From contig OZ244070.1 in assembly GCA_965215605.1 (NCBI GenBank), positions 2,048,001 to 2,112,000 on the forward strand: 64,000 nucleotides of DNA, given 5' to 3'. The notes beneath the pieces are model-generated. The model was given only the letters and a program-made list of their open reading frames with translations. It was not told the DNA's origin and did not search any database. The DNA is from an uncultured Candidatus Binatia bacterium. Its GTDB lineage: Bacteria > Desulfobacterota > Binatia > UBA9968 > JAJDTQ01. The translations under genes were made by a program, and so were the position numbers. Shown here one piece after another: positions 10,523 to 20,368 of the stretch (within the stretch, counting starts at the first letter, position 1; every line of letters starts with the position of its first letter).

Positions 10523-11659
10523 ATGAAACTCCAGCGTACCACAAGAACGACCGCGGATAGTCCGGACGCCGGGACCCTCTCGCGCTGCCGGATCTTCCGC
10601 TATCGTCTTCCGCTGGCGGCGCCGTTGCGGCTGGCCGGTCAAGTGATTCACGAGCGCGCCGGCGTCCTGGTCCGGATCGATTCCGATTCCGATGTCTCGG
10701 GTTGGGGTGATGCGGCGCCGCTGCCGGGGTTCAGCCGGGAGACTGTCGAGGAGGCCGAGACGGAGTTGACGGCCTGGGCGGGACGGCTGCGGGGCGCCGT
10801 GTTCGATCCAGGCGGCGACGATCTCGAATCCCGCCTGGGTTCCGGCCCCGCGGCGGCGTCGCCCTCCGTGCGCTTCGCGTTGGAGACGGCGCTCGCGAGC
10901 CTGTCGCGGCGGATGGAGGACACAGCGGCAGCGGAATTGACCTGCTTCGAGGGCGCCGTTCCCGTCAACGGATTGCTGACGGGTTTGCGAGAGCAGGTGC
11001 TCGCGGACGCCCGGCGTTTCCGGGACGGGGGTTGCCGGGCGGTCAAGCTCAAGGTGGGGAGGCGGCCGGTTGCGGAAGACGTCGGACTCACCCGGGCGGT
11101 GCGCGACGTGATCGGCGACGCCGTGAGCCTCAGGCTGGATGCCAACCGGAGCTGGAGCCTGGAGCAGGCGGTGGCGTTCGGCCGCGAGTTCGGCGGCGCC
11201 GGCGTCGAGTATCTGGAGGAACCCTTGCGCGACCCCGCGCAACTGCGGGAGCTGTTCGATGCCACCGGCATTCCCGTGGCTCTGGACGAGAGTCTTCTCG
11301 AGCTTCGGCCGGACGACCTCGAAGGACGGCGCGAGGTGGGCGCCGTGGTGCTGAAGCCGACGCTTCTGGGCGGCCTCGCAAGGGCCGGGGAATGGGCGGC
11401 CAAGGCGTCGGCGCTGAACATCCGCCCCGTGGTGAGCAGTTGTTTCGAGAGCGGCGTCGGGCTGCTGGCGCTGGCGGCGTTCGCCTGGGCCTCCACGGGA
11501 GACGCGGTGCCAGCGGGCCTCGACACCTATCGGTGGCTCGCCGCGGACGTGGTGGCGCCGCGCCTGCCGCTCGGCGCCGGGGCCATCGAGTGGAGCGACG
11601 CCGCGGCCCGTGGGCATCGGATCGACGGGTCGAGGCTGAGCGAGATGCGGCATGGCTGA
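10523..11659 (+). CDS. menC: o-succinylbenzoate synthase
   Basis: Enolase superfamily: KLKVG, RLDAN, YLEEP, ALDES, VLKPT, VSSCFES; start uncertain. Confidence 0.9.
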   Translation: MKLQRTTRTTADSPDAGTLSRCRIFRYRLPLAAPLRLAGQVIHERAGVLVRIDSDSDVSGWGDAAPLPGFSRETVEEAETELTAWAGRLRGAVFDPGGDDLESRLGSGPAAASPSVRFALETALASLSRRMEDTAAAELTCFEGAVPVNGLLTGLREQVLADARRFRDGGCRAVKLKVGRRPVAEDVGLTRAVRDVIGDAVSLRLDANRSWSLEQAVAFGREFGGAGVEYLEEPLRDPAQLRELFDATGIPVALDESLLELRPDDLEGRREVGAVVLKPTLLGGLARAGEWAAKASALNIRPVVSSCFESGVGLLALAAFAWASTGDAVPAGLDTYRWLAADVVAPRLPLGAGAIEWSDAAARGHRIDGSRLSEMRHG

Positions 11660-13184
11660 GATCCGCTGTCCCCTGGAAGAAGCGGCCGAGCGTCACGGCG
11701 ACCGGCCCGCGTTGGTCAGCGGCGCCCGGGCCGTGTCCTACGCGGAGTTCCACCAGCGCGTGGCGCGGGTGACCGCGGCGCTGCGGCGGGCGGGGTGCGA
11801 CCCTGGAGAGCGCGTGGCCATTCTCGCTCCCAACAGCCCCGATTACCTCGTCTGGCTGCTGGCGGTGCTCCGCCTGGGGGCGGTGTGCTGTCCCATGAAT
11901 ACGAGACTCCCCTACCGCACGGTGGCGGATCTTCTGCACCGCGTGGGCTGTCGCACGCTGGTGGTGGGGGAGTCGGAACAGCAGGGGTCCACCGGCACGG
12001 CGGGCGACATGCAGATCCTGCAGGACCATGACCTGCGGGTCATCCCGGGCAACGAGCTGCACGTGGCCGGAGACCGCGACCCGACCGCGGCCGACGCGCC
12101 TCCGGCGGTGGATCCCCAGGGCACCACCATGCCCCTCGAACGCCCCGCCACCATCGTCTTCACCTCCGGCAGCACCGGGGTTCCCAAGGCGGTGCTCCAC
12201 TCCTACGGCAACCACTACTACAACGCCCTCGGCTGCAACCGGAACCTGCCGCTGGCGACCGGCGACCGCTGGCTGCTGGACCTGCCGCTGTACCACGTGG
12301 GCGGGCTCGGCATTCTTTTCCGGTCCCTGCTGGCGGGCTCCACGGTGGTGATGCCCGACCGGGGAGAGACTCTCGACGCGGTACTGAGCCGCTACCGGGT
12401 CACGCACCTTTCGGTGGTGGTGACGCAACTGCACCGGCTGTTGCAGCAGCCCGATTCCGTGCGCTACCCTGCGCTCCGCTACATTGTCCTCGGCGGCAGC
12501 CCGGTGCCGCTGAAGCTGCTGGAGCGCGCCGGCGCCCGCGGGCTGCCGGTGTTCGCCAGCTATGGCTGCACCGAGATGGCCTCGCAGGTGGCCACGACGG
12601 GGCCGGAATCCACCACGGCCCAGCGGCTGACCTCCGGGAAGCTGCTGCCGCACCGCAAGCTCCGCATCGGGGAAGAAGGAGAGATCCAGTTGGCGGGAGA
12701 GACCTTGTTCATGGGCTACGTGGACGGCGACAGGCTGCGGCGTCCGCTGACCGATGACGGCTGGTTCGCCACCGGCGATCTCGGGCGCGTGGACGGAGAC
12801 GGCTACCTGACGGTCATCGGCCGCCGCGACAACCGGTTCTTCTCCGGCGGCGAGACCATCCATCCGGAAGAGGTCGAGCGCGCCCTGACCGATCACGACG
12901 GGGTCGAGCAGGCGGTGGTGGTGCCGATCCCGGACGAGGAGTTCGGCCAGCGCTGCGTGGCTTTCGTGCAGCCGCACGGCGGGTGTCCTGACGGCCCGGC
13001 GCTGGCGGCGTGGCTCGGGCGGACCCTGCCTCGCTACAAGGTGCCGGATGCCTTCTACCAGTGGCCGGACACCGATCCGAATACATTCAAGATCGACCGG
13101 GCACGATTCCGCCGGTTGGCCGTGGACGGGCCGAAGGCGTCGCTGGGGCCAAGGACGCCAGCAGCACCGGGAGGAATTCCATGA
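11652..13184 (+). CDS. menE: o-succinylbenzoate-CoA ligase
   Basis: FTSGSTGVPK, LPLYHVGG, SYGCTEMASQ, TGDLG, GRRDNRFFSGGE. Confidence 0.93.
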   Translation: MAEIRCPLEEAAERHGDRPALVSGARAVSYAEFHQRVARVTAALRRAGCDPGERVAILAPNSPDYLVWLLAVLRLGAVCCPMNTRLPYRTVADLLHRVGCRTLVVGESEQQGSTGTAGDMQILQDHDLRVIPGNELHVAGDRDPTAADAPPAVDPQGTTMPLERPATIVFTSGSTGVPKAVLHSYGNHYYNALGCNRNLPLATGDRWLLDLPLYHVGGLGILFRSLLAGSTVVMPDRGETLDAVLSRYRVTHLSVVVTQLHRLLQQPDSVRYPALRYIVLGGSPVPLKLLERAGARGLPVFASYGCTEMASQVATTGPESTTAQRLTSGKLLPHRKLRIGEEGEIQLAGETLFMGYVDGDRLRRPLTDDGWFATGDLGRVDGDGYLTVIGRRDNRFFSGGETIHPEEVERALTDHDGVEQAVVVPIPDEEFGQRCVAFVQPHGGCPDGPALAAWLGRTLPRYKVPDAFYQWPDTDPNTFKIDRARFRRLAVDGPKASLGPRTPAAPGGIP

Positions 13185-14176
13185 CAGCGAAGCGGGGAAG
13201 GGCAAAGGCCGCGGCGCGGCGGGACGGCAACGGTGAGTTGGTGTCGCTGCTCCGGCGCATGTGGGTGATCCGCGCCTTCGAGGAGAAGGTGTCCGCCCTC
13301 TACGCGGCCCGGGAGATCGTCGGCCTGCTCCACCTCGGCATCGGGCAGGAAGCCGTGGCGGTGGGCGTGTGCGGCCTGCTGGACGCCGATGACCTGGTCT
13401 ACGGCGGGCACCGCTCCCACGGCCACGCCATCGCCAAGGGAGCGGACCTGAACCGGCTCATGGCCGAGTTGGCGGGGCGCGCCACCGGCTATTGCCGCGG
13501 CAAGGGCGGCTCCATGCACGTCGTGGCGGCCGAGACCGGCTTCGTCACCGCCAGCGGCGTGGTGGGCGGTACCGTTCCGCTGGCCCTGGGCGCGGCCTTC
13601 ACCGCCCGGGAGAGGGGCGCAGGGCGGGTGGCGGTGGTGTTCTTCGGCGACGGCGCCGGCCAGACCGGTCCCTTTCACGAGTCCCTGAACATCGCCAGCC
13701 TGTGGGGGCTTCCGGTCATCTTCGTATGTGAGAACAACGGCTACGCCGAGTTCACGCCGCTGTCCGCCCACACCAAGGTGGAGCGGCTGGCCCGGCACGC
13801 CGAGACCTACGGCATCCCCAGCGCCACCGTGGACGGCAACGACATCCTGGAGGTTCGCGAGGCCATGGGCCGTGCCGTGGACAACGCTCGCGCCGGCAAG
13901 GGGCCGGCCTTCGTCGAATGCCTGACCTACCGCCTCCGGGGTCACTACGAGGGCGACCCCGGCAAGTACCGGGAACTCTCCCAGTTGGCCGACTGGAAGA
14001 GGAAGGACCCCATCGCGCGCTTCACGGGGGTGCTGAAACGGCGGCGGGCCGCGTCCACCAAGGATTTCGAGGAGGCGGAGGCCGACGCGCGCGCGCTGGT
14101 GGAAGCGGCGGCGGAGTTCGCCCTGGCGTCTCCCTGGCCGGAGCCCGAGGAGACCGGGACCCAGGTTTGTGCATGA
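13181..14176 (+). CDS. TPP-dependent dehydrogenase E1 alpha subunit (PDH/acetoin-type)
   Basis: HLGIGQEA, HRSHGH, GKGGSMH, GDG..ENN TPP motif, TYRLRGH. Confidence 0.92.
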   Translation: MTAKRGRAKAAARRDGNGELVSLLRRMWVIRAFEEKVSALYAAREIVGLLHLGIGQEAVAVGVCGLLDADDLVYGGHRSHGHAIAKGADLNRLMAELAGRATGYCRGKGGSMHVVAAETGFVTASGVVGGTVPLALGAAFTARERGAGRVAVVFFGDGAGQTGPFHESLNIASLWGLPVIFVCENNGYAEFTPLSAHTKVERLARHAETYGIPSATVDGNDILEVREAMGRAVDNARAGKGPAFVECLTYRLRGHYEGDPGKYRELSQLADWKRKDPIARFTGVLKRRRAASTKDFEEAEADARALVEAAAEFALASPWPEPEETGTQVCA

Positions 14177-14183
14177 GGTGGAC

Positions 14184-15164
14184 ATGGCGGAGCTGAGCTA
14201 TCTGGAGGCCATCCGCTCGGGGCTGCTGGCCGAGATGCGGCAGGATTCCTCGGTCTACGTCTTCGGCGAGGACGTGGCGCTGGGCGGGCCTTTCGGGGTC
14301 ACCCAGGGTATCGCCGAGGAACTGGGCGCCCACCGGGTGGTGAACACGCCCATCAGCGAAGGCACGGTCATGGGCGTCGCCATCGGCGCGGCGCTGTCGG
14401 GTCTGCGACCGGTGGTGGAGATCATGTTCATGGACTTCATCACCCTGGCCATGGACCAGCTCGTCAACCACGCCGCCAAGCTACACTACATGTCCGGCGG
14501 GCAACTGAAGGTGCCGTTGACCGTGCGGGTCCAGTGCGGCGTGCAGGGCAACATGGGCGCGCACCACTCCCAGAGCCTGGAGTCGTGGTTCCTCCACGTC
14601 CCCGGCCTCAAGGTCGTCATGCCGTCGAATCCGGCCGACGCCGAAAGCCTCATGCGGGACGCTGTCCGCGACGACAACCCGGTCCTGTTCATCGAGCACC
14701 GGGCACTGTATTTCTCGCGGGCGGAAGTGCCGGAAGGGGGCAGCGGCCTGCCCATGGATCGCGCGGCAGTGCTCCAGACGGGCGCGGACGTCACCGTCGC
14801 CGCCGTGTCGAAGATGGTGGGGCCGGCGCTGGAGGCGGCCGAAACGCTGGCCGGCGATGGGGTTTCCGTTGAGGTCATCGACCTCCGCAGCCTCGTGCCG
14901 CTGGACATCGACACCCTGGTGGAGTCGGTGAGGAAGACGTCGAGGCTTGTGGTGGTGCACGAAGCGGTGGAGCAGGGCGGGGTCGGAGCGGAAGTTGCCG
15001 CCCGCGTGCAAGAGCAGGCCCTTTACTTCCTCGACAGCCCGATCCTGCGGGTCGCCGCCCCCAACGCCCCGGTGCCATGCGCGACGCCGCTGGAGAGTTC
15101 CTTTGTTCCCGACAAGGAACGGATCGTGGAGACCGTGCGCCGGGCGCTGGCCGGCGGACCCTGA
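14184..15164 (+). CDS. TPP-dependent dehydrogenase E1 beta subunit
   Basis: GEDV, NTPISE, EIMFMDF, AHHSQSLE, DLRSLVPLD. Confidence 0.92.
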   Translation: MAELSYLEAIRSGLLAEMRQDSSVYVFGEDVALGGPFGVTQGIAEELGAHRVVNTPISEGTVMGVAIGAALSGLRPVVEIMFMDFITLAMDQLVNHAAKLHYMSGGQLKVPLTVRVQCGVQGNMGAHHSQSLESWFLHVPGLKVVMPSNPADAESLMRDAVRDDNPVLFIEHRALYFSRAEVPEGGSGLPMDRAAVLQTGADVTVAAVSKMVGPALEAAETLAGDGVSVEVIDLRSLVPLDIDTLVESVRKTSRLVVVHEAVEQGGVGAEVAARVQEQALYFLDSPILRVAAPNAPVPCATPLESSFVPDKERIVETVRRALAGGP

Positions 15165-15171
15165 TTGAGCT

Positions 15172-15262
15172 ATTTCTCCTTTGAAAAAGGATAAATATAT
15201 ATGATTCTATCCTTTTCATAATAAGAAATATTTATTATATTCTCCTTTTCACAAGGAGAGTA
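15172..15262. promoter_or_regulatory. Three palindromic operator-like boxes at 33-bp period
   Basis: TCCTTT starts at 15177, 15210, 15243; box 1 atttctccttt-gaa-aaaggataaat, box 3 tattctccttt-tca-caaggagagta covers the RBS. Confidence 0.8.
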
Positions 15263-16611
15263 TGGTTTTGGAACCGACCCTGACAACCTTCCGGCAAGTG
15301 TTGGCCGAACAGCTCGCTGGATCTTTGCAAGCACCGCCTCCTTCCCACACTCCCCGCCGCGTCCATGGCCTTACGCGGTTTCCGGGCAAGGCGACCGCGG
15401 TGGTCGGTATGCGCCGGGCCGGCAAAACCACCTTTCTGCACCAGTTGCGCCATGAGTTCATCACAACCGGCGCGGCTTCTTCACGGGTCCCTTACGTATC
15501 CTTCGAGGACGAGCGGCTGACCGGTTTGGAGGGCCGCCATCTGGATCTGCTGCTTGACGAATACCAACGCCTTTCGACCGGGGAGGCAAGCGATTCGGCG
15601 GTCATGTGGTGTTTTGACGAGATCCAGTTGGTGCCGGGCTGGGAGCGCTTCGTGCGCCGGTTGCTCGATACGGAGGCCGTGGAGGTGTACGTGAGCGGTT
15701 CCTCGGCGACACTACTGTCGCGTGAGATCGCTACGGCGTTGCGTGGCCGGGCATGGCAGGTGCTCATGCACCCGTTCGGCTTCGACGAGGCGCTTCGCCA
15801 TCAGGGGACGGAGCTTCCGGAGCGGACGGAGGTCCTGTCCCGCGAGCAACGCGTGCGTTTCGAGCGGGAATTCACGGCGTGGCTGGTTGCCGGCGGGTTT
15901 CCGGAAGCCCAGGGGCTGGACACCGCGCCGCGGCACCAACTGCTGCGCGACTACGTGGACGTGGCGGTGCTTCGCGATGTCATGGAACGTCACGGAGTCG
16001 GCAACGTCACCGGGCTCCGGTGGCTGGTGCGGCAATTGCTCGGCAACGCGGGCGGTCTGTTCAGTGTCGAGAAGCTCCACGGGGCGCTCAAATCCCACGG
16101 AATCGCCATCGCCAGAGATACGGTGCACCAACTCCTCGGCTACCTCGAAGACTGCTTTCTCGTGCGCGTGGTGTGGATGGAGTCGAGTTCCGAGCGGCAA
16201 CGGATGGTGAATCCACGGAAGGCGTATCCGGTGGATCCGGGTTTGATCCCCGTGTTCGACCGTACCGGCCGCGCCAACATCGGACAGGCCCTGGAAACCG
16301 CGGTGCTCATCGAACTGGAGCGGCGGCGCAGCGAGGTTACCTATGTGCGCACCGTACAGGGATACGAAGTGGATTTTCTGACACGGGAGGCGGACGGAGG
16401 CCGGGAATTGATACAGGTTTGCGCCGATGCGTCGGAGCCATCCACCGCGGAACGCGAACTCCGCGCCCTGGTGGCGGCGGGGGAGCAGTTCCCCGACGCC
16501 CGCCTGCGCCTTTTGACTCTCGACCGTGACGGCATACCCGACCCGTTGCCGGACGGCGTGGTGGCGCAGCCTGCCTGGATCTGGATGCTTGGATACGGCG
16601 ATCCCGAGTGA
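15262..16611 (+). CDS. AAA_14/DUF4143 ATP-binding protein (copy 1)
   Basis: GMRRAGKTT, FDEIQ, SGSS, GGFPE, NPRKAYPVDPG, C-terminal EVDF..IQV nuclease-like motif. Confidence 0.9.
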   Translation: MVLEPTLTTFRQVLAEQLAGSLQAPPPSHTPRRVHGLTRFPGKATAVVGMRRAGKTTFLHQLRHEFITTGAASSRVPYVSFEDERLTGLEGRHLDLLLDEYQRLSTGEASDSAVMWCFDEIQLVPGWERFVRRLLDTEAVEVYVSGSSATLLSREIATALRGRAWQVLMHPFGFDEALRHQGTELPERTEVLSREQRVRFEREFTAWLVAGGFPEAQGLDTAPRHQLLRDYVDVAVLRDVMERHGVGNVTGLRWLVRQLLGNAGGLFSVEKLHGALKSHGIAIARDTVHQLLGYLEDCFLVRVVWMESSSERQRMVNPRKAYPVDPGLIPVFDRTGRANIGQALETAVLIELERRRSEVTYVRTVQGYEVDFLTREADGGRELIQVCADASEPSTAERELRALVAAGEQFPDARLRLLTLDRDGIPDPLPDGVVAQPAWIWMLGYGDPE

Positions 16612-16620
16612 CGGGCGCCG

Positions 16621-17385
16621 TTACCGGTGCAGCCACTTGGGCTTGCGTTTCTCCACGAACGCCTGGACGCCTTCCTCCACGTCCTCGGTTTCCAGCAACT
16701 CTTTCAGATAGATTTCTTCGGAACGCGCGAGGGCGGCGGCGAGCTGCTGGAGGCCGATCTCCCGCAGGCCCTTGAGGGTGATGCGCAGCACCGCGCGGCT
16801 CTTGTCCAGCAGTTCGTTCCGAAGGACCTCCAGCGCCTCGCCGAGTTGGTCCCGCGGCACTACCCGGTTCACGAGCCCGATGGACTCGGCTTCCCGCGCC
16901 GACAGGCGGCGGCCGGTGAGGATCATCTCGGCGGCCCGGTGGTAGCCGATCTGCGAGGAGAACCGGGCCAGGGCCACCGGCGGAAAGCAGCCCACGGTGA
17001 CCTCGGGGGTGGCGAAGAGGCTCTCCTCGGAGGCCAGCACCAGGTCGCAGGAGGAGGCCAGCTCGCAGCCCCCGCCCAGGCAGACGCCGTCCACCACCGC
17101 GACGGTGGGCTGACGGAGGCTCATCAGCTTCCGGATGACCCCGTGCACCAGCTCGAGCATTTCTGGTACCTGCGCCCGGGTGTGGTCCTTCACATCCACG
17201 CCGGCGGAGAAGGCGCGTCCGCCCGCGCCGCGGATCTCCACGAGATCCACGCCGGCGTCCTGGTCCAGTTCGTCGAGAATCTGGCGCAGTTCCCGTAACA
17301 ACGCGAGGTTGAGGACGTTGAGGGGTGGGCGGTCGATGATCACCGACGCGACTCCACCGGTTCTATCGAGGTGTATTTCCGCCAT
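16621..17385 (-). CDS. Enoyl-CoA hydratase/isomerase (dienoyl-CoA hydratase-like)
   Basis: [39 protein letters not shown]. Confidence 0.9.
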   Translation of the reverse strand: MAEIHLDRTGGVASVIIDRPPLNVLNLALLRELRQILDELDQDAGVDLVEIRGAGGRAFSAGVDVKDHTRAQVPEMLELVHGVIRKLMSLRQPTVAVVDGVCLGGGCELASSCDLVLASEESLFATPEVTVGCFPPVALARFSSQIGYHRAAEMILTGRRLSAREAESIGLVNRVVPRDQLGEALEVLRNELLDKSRAVLRITLKGLREIGLQQLAAALARSEEIYLKELLETEDVEEGVQAFVEKRKPKWLHR

Positions 17386-17420
17386 GGTTACATTCCTGTG
17401 CTTGTCCCCCGTGCCTCCCA

Positions 17421-17449
17421 CCTGGACCCCGGGTCAAGCACGGGGTGAC
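17421..17449. repeat. REP-like palindrome, family A
   Basis: cctggaccccgggtcaagcacggggtgac. Confidence 0.8.
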
Positions 17450-17462
17450 GATTTGGAGGCAG

Positions 17463-18974
17463 CTAGAACTGGAACACCAGCGACTTGATGGTGACCGGCA
17501 CGGTCCCCGACGGTTCCAGCACCCTGCCCAGGTCGATGAAGTCGAAGTCCCGCAGGGTGATGCCGTCCAGGGCCAGCACCTGGCTCCGGAGGCCGAAGTC
17601 CTGCTTGAGGATGGTGCCCACCAGGCCGGCCATGTCGTGATCGAATACCAGGTAGATGGGCCGTTCGCGCGCCATGGTGCGCGGCAAACCCTCCATCAAC
17701 CCGCGGCAGAACGCCGCGATGCGAAAGGCGGCGGGCGGTCCCTGCCACACGAAGACCAGCGCCACCTCGGCTTCGCCCTCGTTGAGATCGAAGGACCGGA
17801 AGTGACCCTGGATGGTCCGTGCCATGACGGCCGGGTCGATGTCGCCGTCCAGGTCCACCGGCGGACGCAACACCTGGAGGTTCTTGCGCGGCAGCAGGTC
17901 GTCGTCGGAGCGATAGATGGTGTTGCCGGACACCTGGACGGTGTGCTGCGCCGCCCCCATGACCGTGGCCCGGATGCACTCCCGTGCGCTTACCAGCGGC
18001 GCCGGCAACTCGCCTTCGTCGATGCGGCGCCGCAGCGCCCTGCCCAGCGGCGCCCCCATGTCGCCGTGGGACTCCCGCTCGTGGCCGTAGATGTACTCGC
18101 TGACGCCGCCGGAGAAGACCACCGCGTCGCAGTCACGGGATCCGTTCAGGGGCGGCGTCACCCATAGCGGCTCCAGCTCGGGACCGGCGGCGCCGCCCCG
18201 GGCCAGGGTCAGCACCGTCTCCGCCATGTGGTCGGCCAGCCGCTCGATATCGCCGGGGCTCGTCCGGTCCCCCACGTTCCAGTCCAGTCCCGCGTGGCCG
18301 GCGAGGGTCTTGCCGCCGGGCTCCAGCACCGTGATGGTGCCGTCGCCGTCGGTGGCCAGCAACCGTCCGCCCACGTGAAAGGCGGCGGTGCCGACCACCC
18401 GTCCCGCTTCGGCCATGGCGAGCTTGGTGGTGCCGCCGCCGATGTCGATGTTGAGCACGCGGCAGCGCTCGTTTGCCGACCAAGCCACGGCGCCGGAGCC
18501 GTGGGCCGCCAGCAGCGCCTCGAAGTTGTGGCCGGCGGTGGCGCAGACGAAGTCGCCGCGCTGATCGGCAAAGAGGTCCGCGATGGCGCGGGCATTGTTC
18601 CGCCGGATCGCTTCGCCGGTGAGAATGATCGCGCCGGTGTTCACGTCGTCCGGCGTGAGCCCCGCCTCCTGGTACGCGTCGTCCACGAGCCGGCCCAGAG
18701 CGCCGTCGTCGATGCGTTCGCGGTTGGCGGTGTAGGGGGTGAAGCGGATAGGGGAGAGGTAGAGCGTCTTCCTCTCCGTGACCACGAAGCGGCTGGACAG
18801 CTCCCGTCCCAAGCGCCGCAGCACCAGGCGCGAGAAGAGGATCTGGGACGTGGCCGTGCCCACGTCGATGCCGACGCTGGTGAGCGTGATGGTGTCGAGC
18901 TTCCAGAGAGGGTGGTCTTCCTCTTCCGCCGGCGCCCCTCCGTCGTGGTCGTGATCCTCTCCGATGTCGTGCAT
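17463..18974 (-). CDS. EutA-like reactivating factor (ASKHA ATPase)
   Basis: SVGIDVGTATSQ, GAIILTGEA, FVCATAG, DIGGGTTK, FSGGV, IRATVMGA, VPVTIKSLVF. Confidence 0.85.
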   Translation of the reverse strand: MHDIGEDHDHDGGAPAEEEDHPLWKLDTITLTSVGIDVGTATSQILFSRLVLRRLGRELSSRFVVTERKTLYLSPIRFTPYTANRERIDDGALGRLVDDAYQEAGLTPDDVNTGAIILTGEAIRRNNARAIADLFADQRGDFVCATAGHNFEALLAAHGSGAVAWSANERCRVLNIDIGGGTTKLAMAEAGRVVGTAAFHVGGRLLATDGDGTITVLEPGGKTLAGHAGLDWNVGDRTSPGDIERLADHMAETVLTLARGGAAGPELEPLWVTPPLNGSRDCDAVVFSGGVSEYIYGHERESHGDMGAPLGRALRRRIDEGELPAPLVSARECIRATVMGAAQHTVQVSGNTIYRSDDDLLPRKNLQVLRPPVDLDGDIDPAVMARTIQGHFRSFDLNEGEAEVALVFVWQGPPAAFRIAAFCRGLMEGLPRTMARERPIYLVFDHDMAGLVGTILKQDFGLRSQVLALDGITLRDFDFIDLGRVLEPSGTVPVTIKSLVFQF

Positions 18975-18992
18975 GGCCTGGTCGCGCCCGGA

Positions 18993-20228
18993 TCAGTCGA
19001 TGAAGCTGCCTTCGGCGTCGGGGAGGTTGCCCTGCTCGCCCGGCAGGTTGCCGTGCTCGTCCGGGAACAGGACCTTGACGGCCTCGGCGCCGGCCTCGCC
19101 GGTGCACCACGGCACCATGTTCTTCATCCGGCAGGTGATGCCGCGCCTGGCCAGCTCTGCCTCGAAGATCTGATGGATCTCCGGATCCTCATCCTCGTAC
19201 TCCACCTGGTAGCCGCCCTTCTTGCCGCTGACCTCGCCGGTGCGGAGCACGGTGGATTCCTGCGCCTGCCAGCGGTTGACCGCGTACTTGCGCGACAGTC
19301 CCTGGTTCATCACCAGGTAGGTGGCGGGCGTCTCACCCACGTTGAAGTGCTGGTGCAGCCACAGGCCCTGCCCGGCGCCGGAGAGGTAGAGGCTCCCTTC
19401 CTTCCAGTCGCAGCGAATGCGCTCCTCGTTGCCGCGCTGGGCGAGCACGTAGCCCTCGCCTTCGATGATGTACAGATGCGCTCCGGGGCCGTGGCGGTGG
19501 GATTTCTTGTAGTAGCCGGACTCGAAGCGGGACACGTGGGACTCCATCAGCCCGGAGCCCATGACCATGAACGCGTTGGTGCCGCCGCCGCCCCGGCTCT
19601 TCCACTCGTAGAGGGGCAGCTTGCGGATGTCCGGGATGAAGTTGGTTTCCCATACCCGCCCGCGGTACAGCTTGGCCTCGGCGTTGAAGTAGTCGGGCTC
19701 GCCCTGGTAGCGGTCGTCGAAGTCGTAGTTGTTGTCGAAGATGAAGTGCTCGCTGTTCCACTGCCGGAAGAGTTGCGGCAGGTCGGTGACGGAGAACCAT
19801 CGGGCCGGCTGCGACAGGCTGGCATTGAAGAACTGGTGCCAGGCGTTGGTGGGGGGCACGAAGTAGCTGCCGGGCCCCCACTCGAAGGTCTGTTTCTCCC
19901 CGCCCTCGCGCCACACCGAGCAGGAGCCGTGGCCTGAAACCACGTAGATGGCCTCGGTGTACATGTGCCGCAACGGCGCGGTGTAGCCTCCGGGCGGCAG
20001 CTCGACGATGTGCTCGTCGCCGCCGTTGTCGCCGTCGAGGTAACACAGCGCGCCCTTGACGCCGTCCCCCTTGCGCGGCCACGGGCCCACTTCCACGGCC
20101 TTCATGTCCTCGATGAAGACCCCGCCCACGAGCGGGGCGCCCTCGCGGTTACGCCACTCGGAATAGGAATCGACGCGGGTCAGCGCGGGTTGTTTTTCCG
20201 GGTCCAGGGGTTGGGTGGGTATGGTCAC
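18993..20228 (-). CDS. Bicupin protein (gentisate dioxygenase-like fold)
   Basis: Two cupin motifs: RHMYTE..WHQFFN and SHRHGPG..LHQHFN; GTG start. Confidence 0.85.
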   Translation of the reverse strand: MTIPTQPLDPEKQPALTRVDSYSEWRNREGAPLVGGVFIEDMKAVEVGPWPRKGDGVKGALCYLDGDNGGDEHIVELPPGGYTAPLRHMYTEAIYVVSGHGSCSVWREGGEKQTFEWGPGSYFVPPTNAWHQFFNASLSQPARWFSVTDLPQLFRQWNSEHFIFDNNYDFDDRYQGEPDYFNAEAKLYRGRVWETNFIPDIRKLPLYEWKSRGGGGTNAFMVMGSGLMESHVSRFESGYYKKSHRHGPGAHLYIIEGEGYVLAQRGNEERIRCDWKEGSLYLSGAGQGLWLHQHFNVGETPATYLVMNQGLSRKYAVNRWQAQESTVLRTGEVSGKKGGYQVEYEDEDPEIHQIFEAELARRGITCRMKNMVPWCTGEAGAEAVKVLFPDEHGNLPGEQGNLPDAEGSFID

Positions 20229-20368
20229 GATGTCGCCTCTTTCTGTGATTTTGGGGAAGGGTAGGCGATTAAATGGAGTCCTGTCAATCCAGCAGCATGC
20301 TCCGGCGCTCGCGATCCTCCGGGAAGGGCGCGAAGGAGGCGGCGGCAAGGAAAACGGTTGCAGGACAA

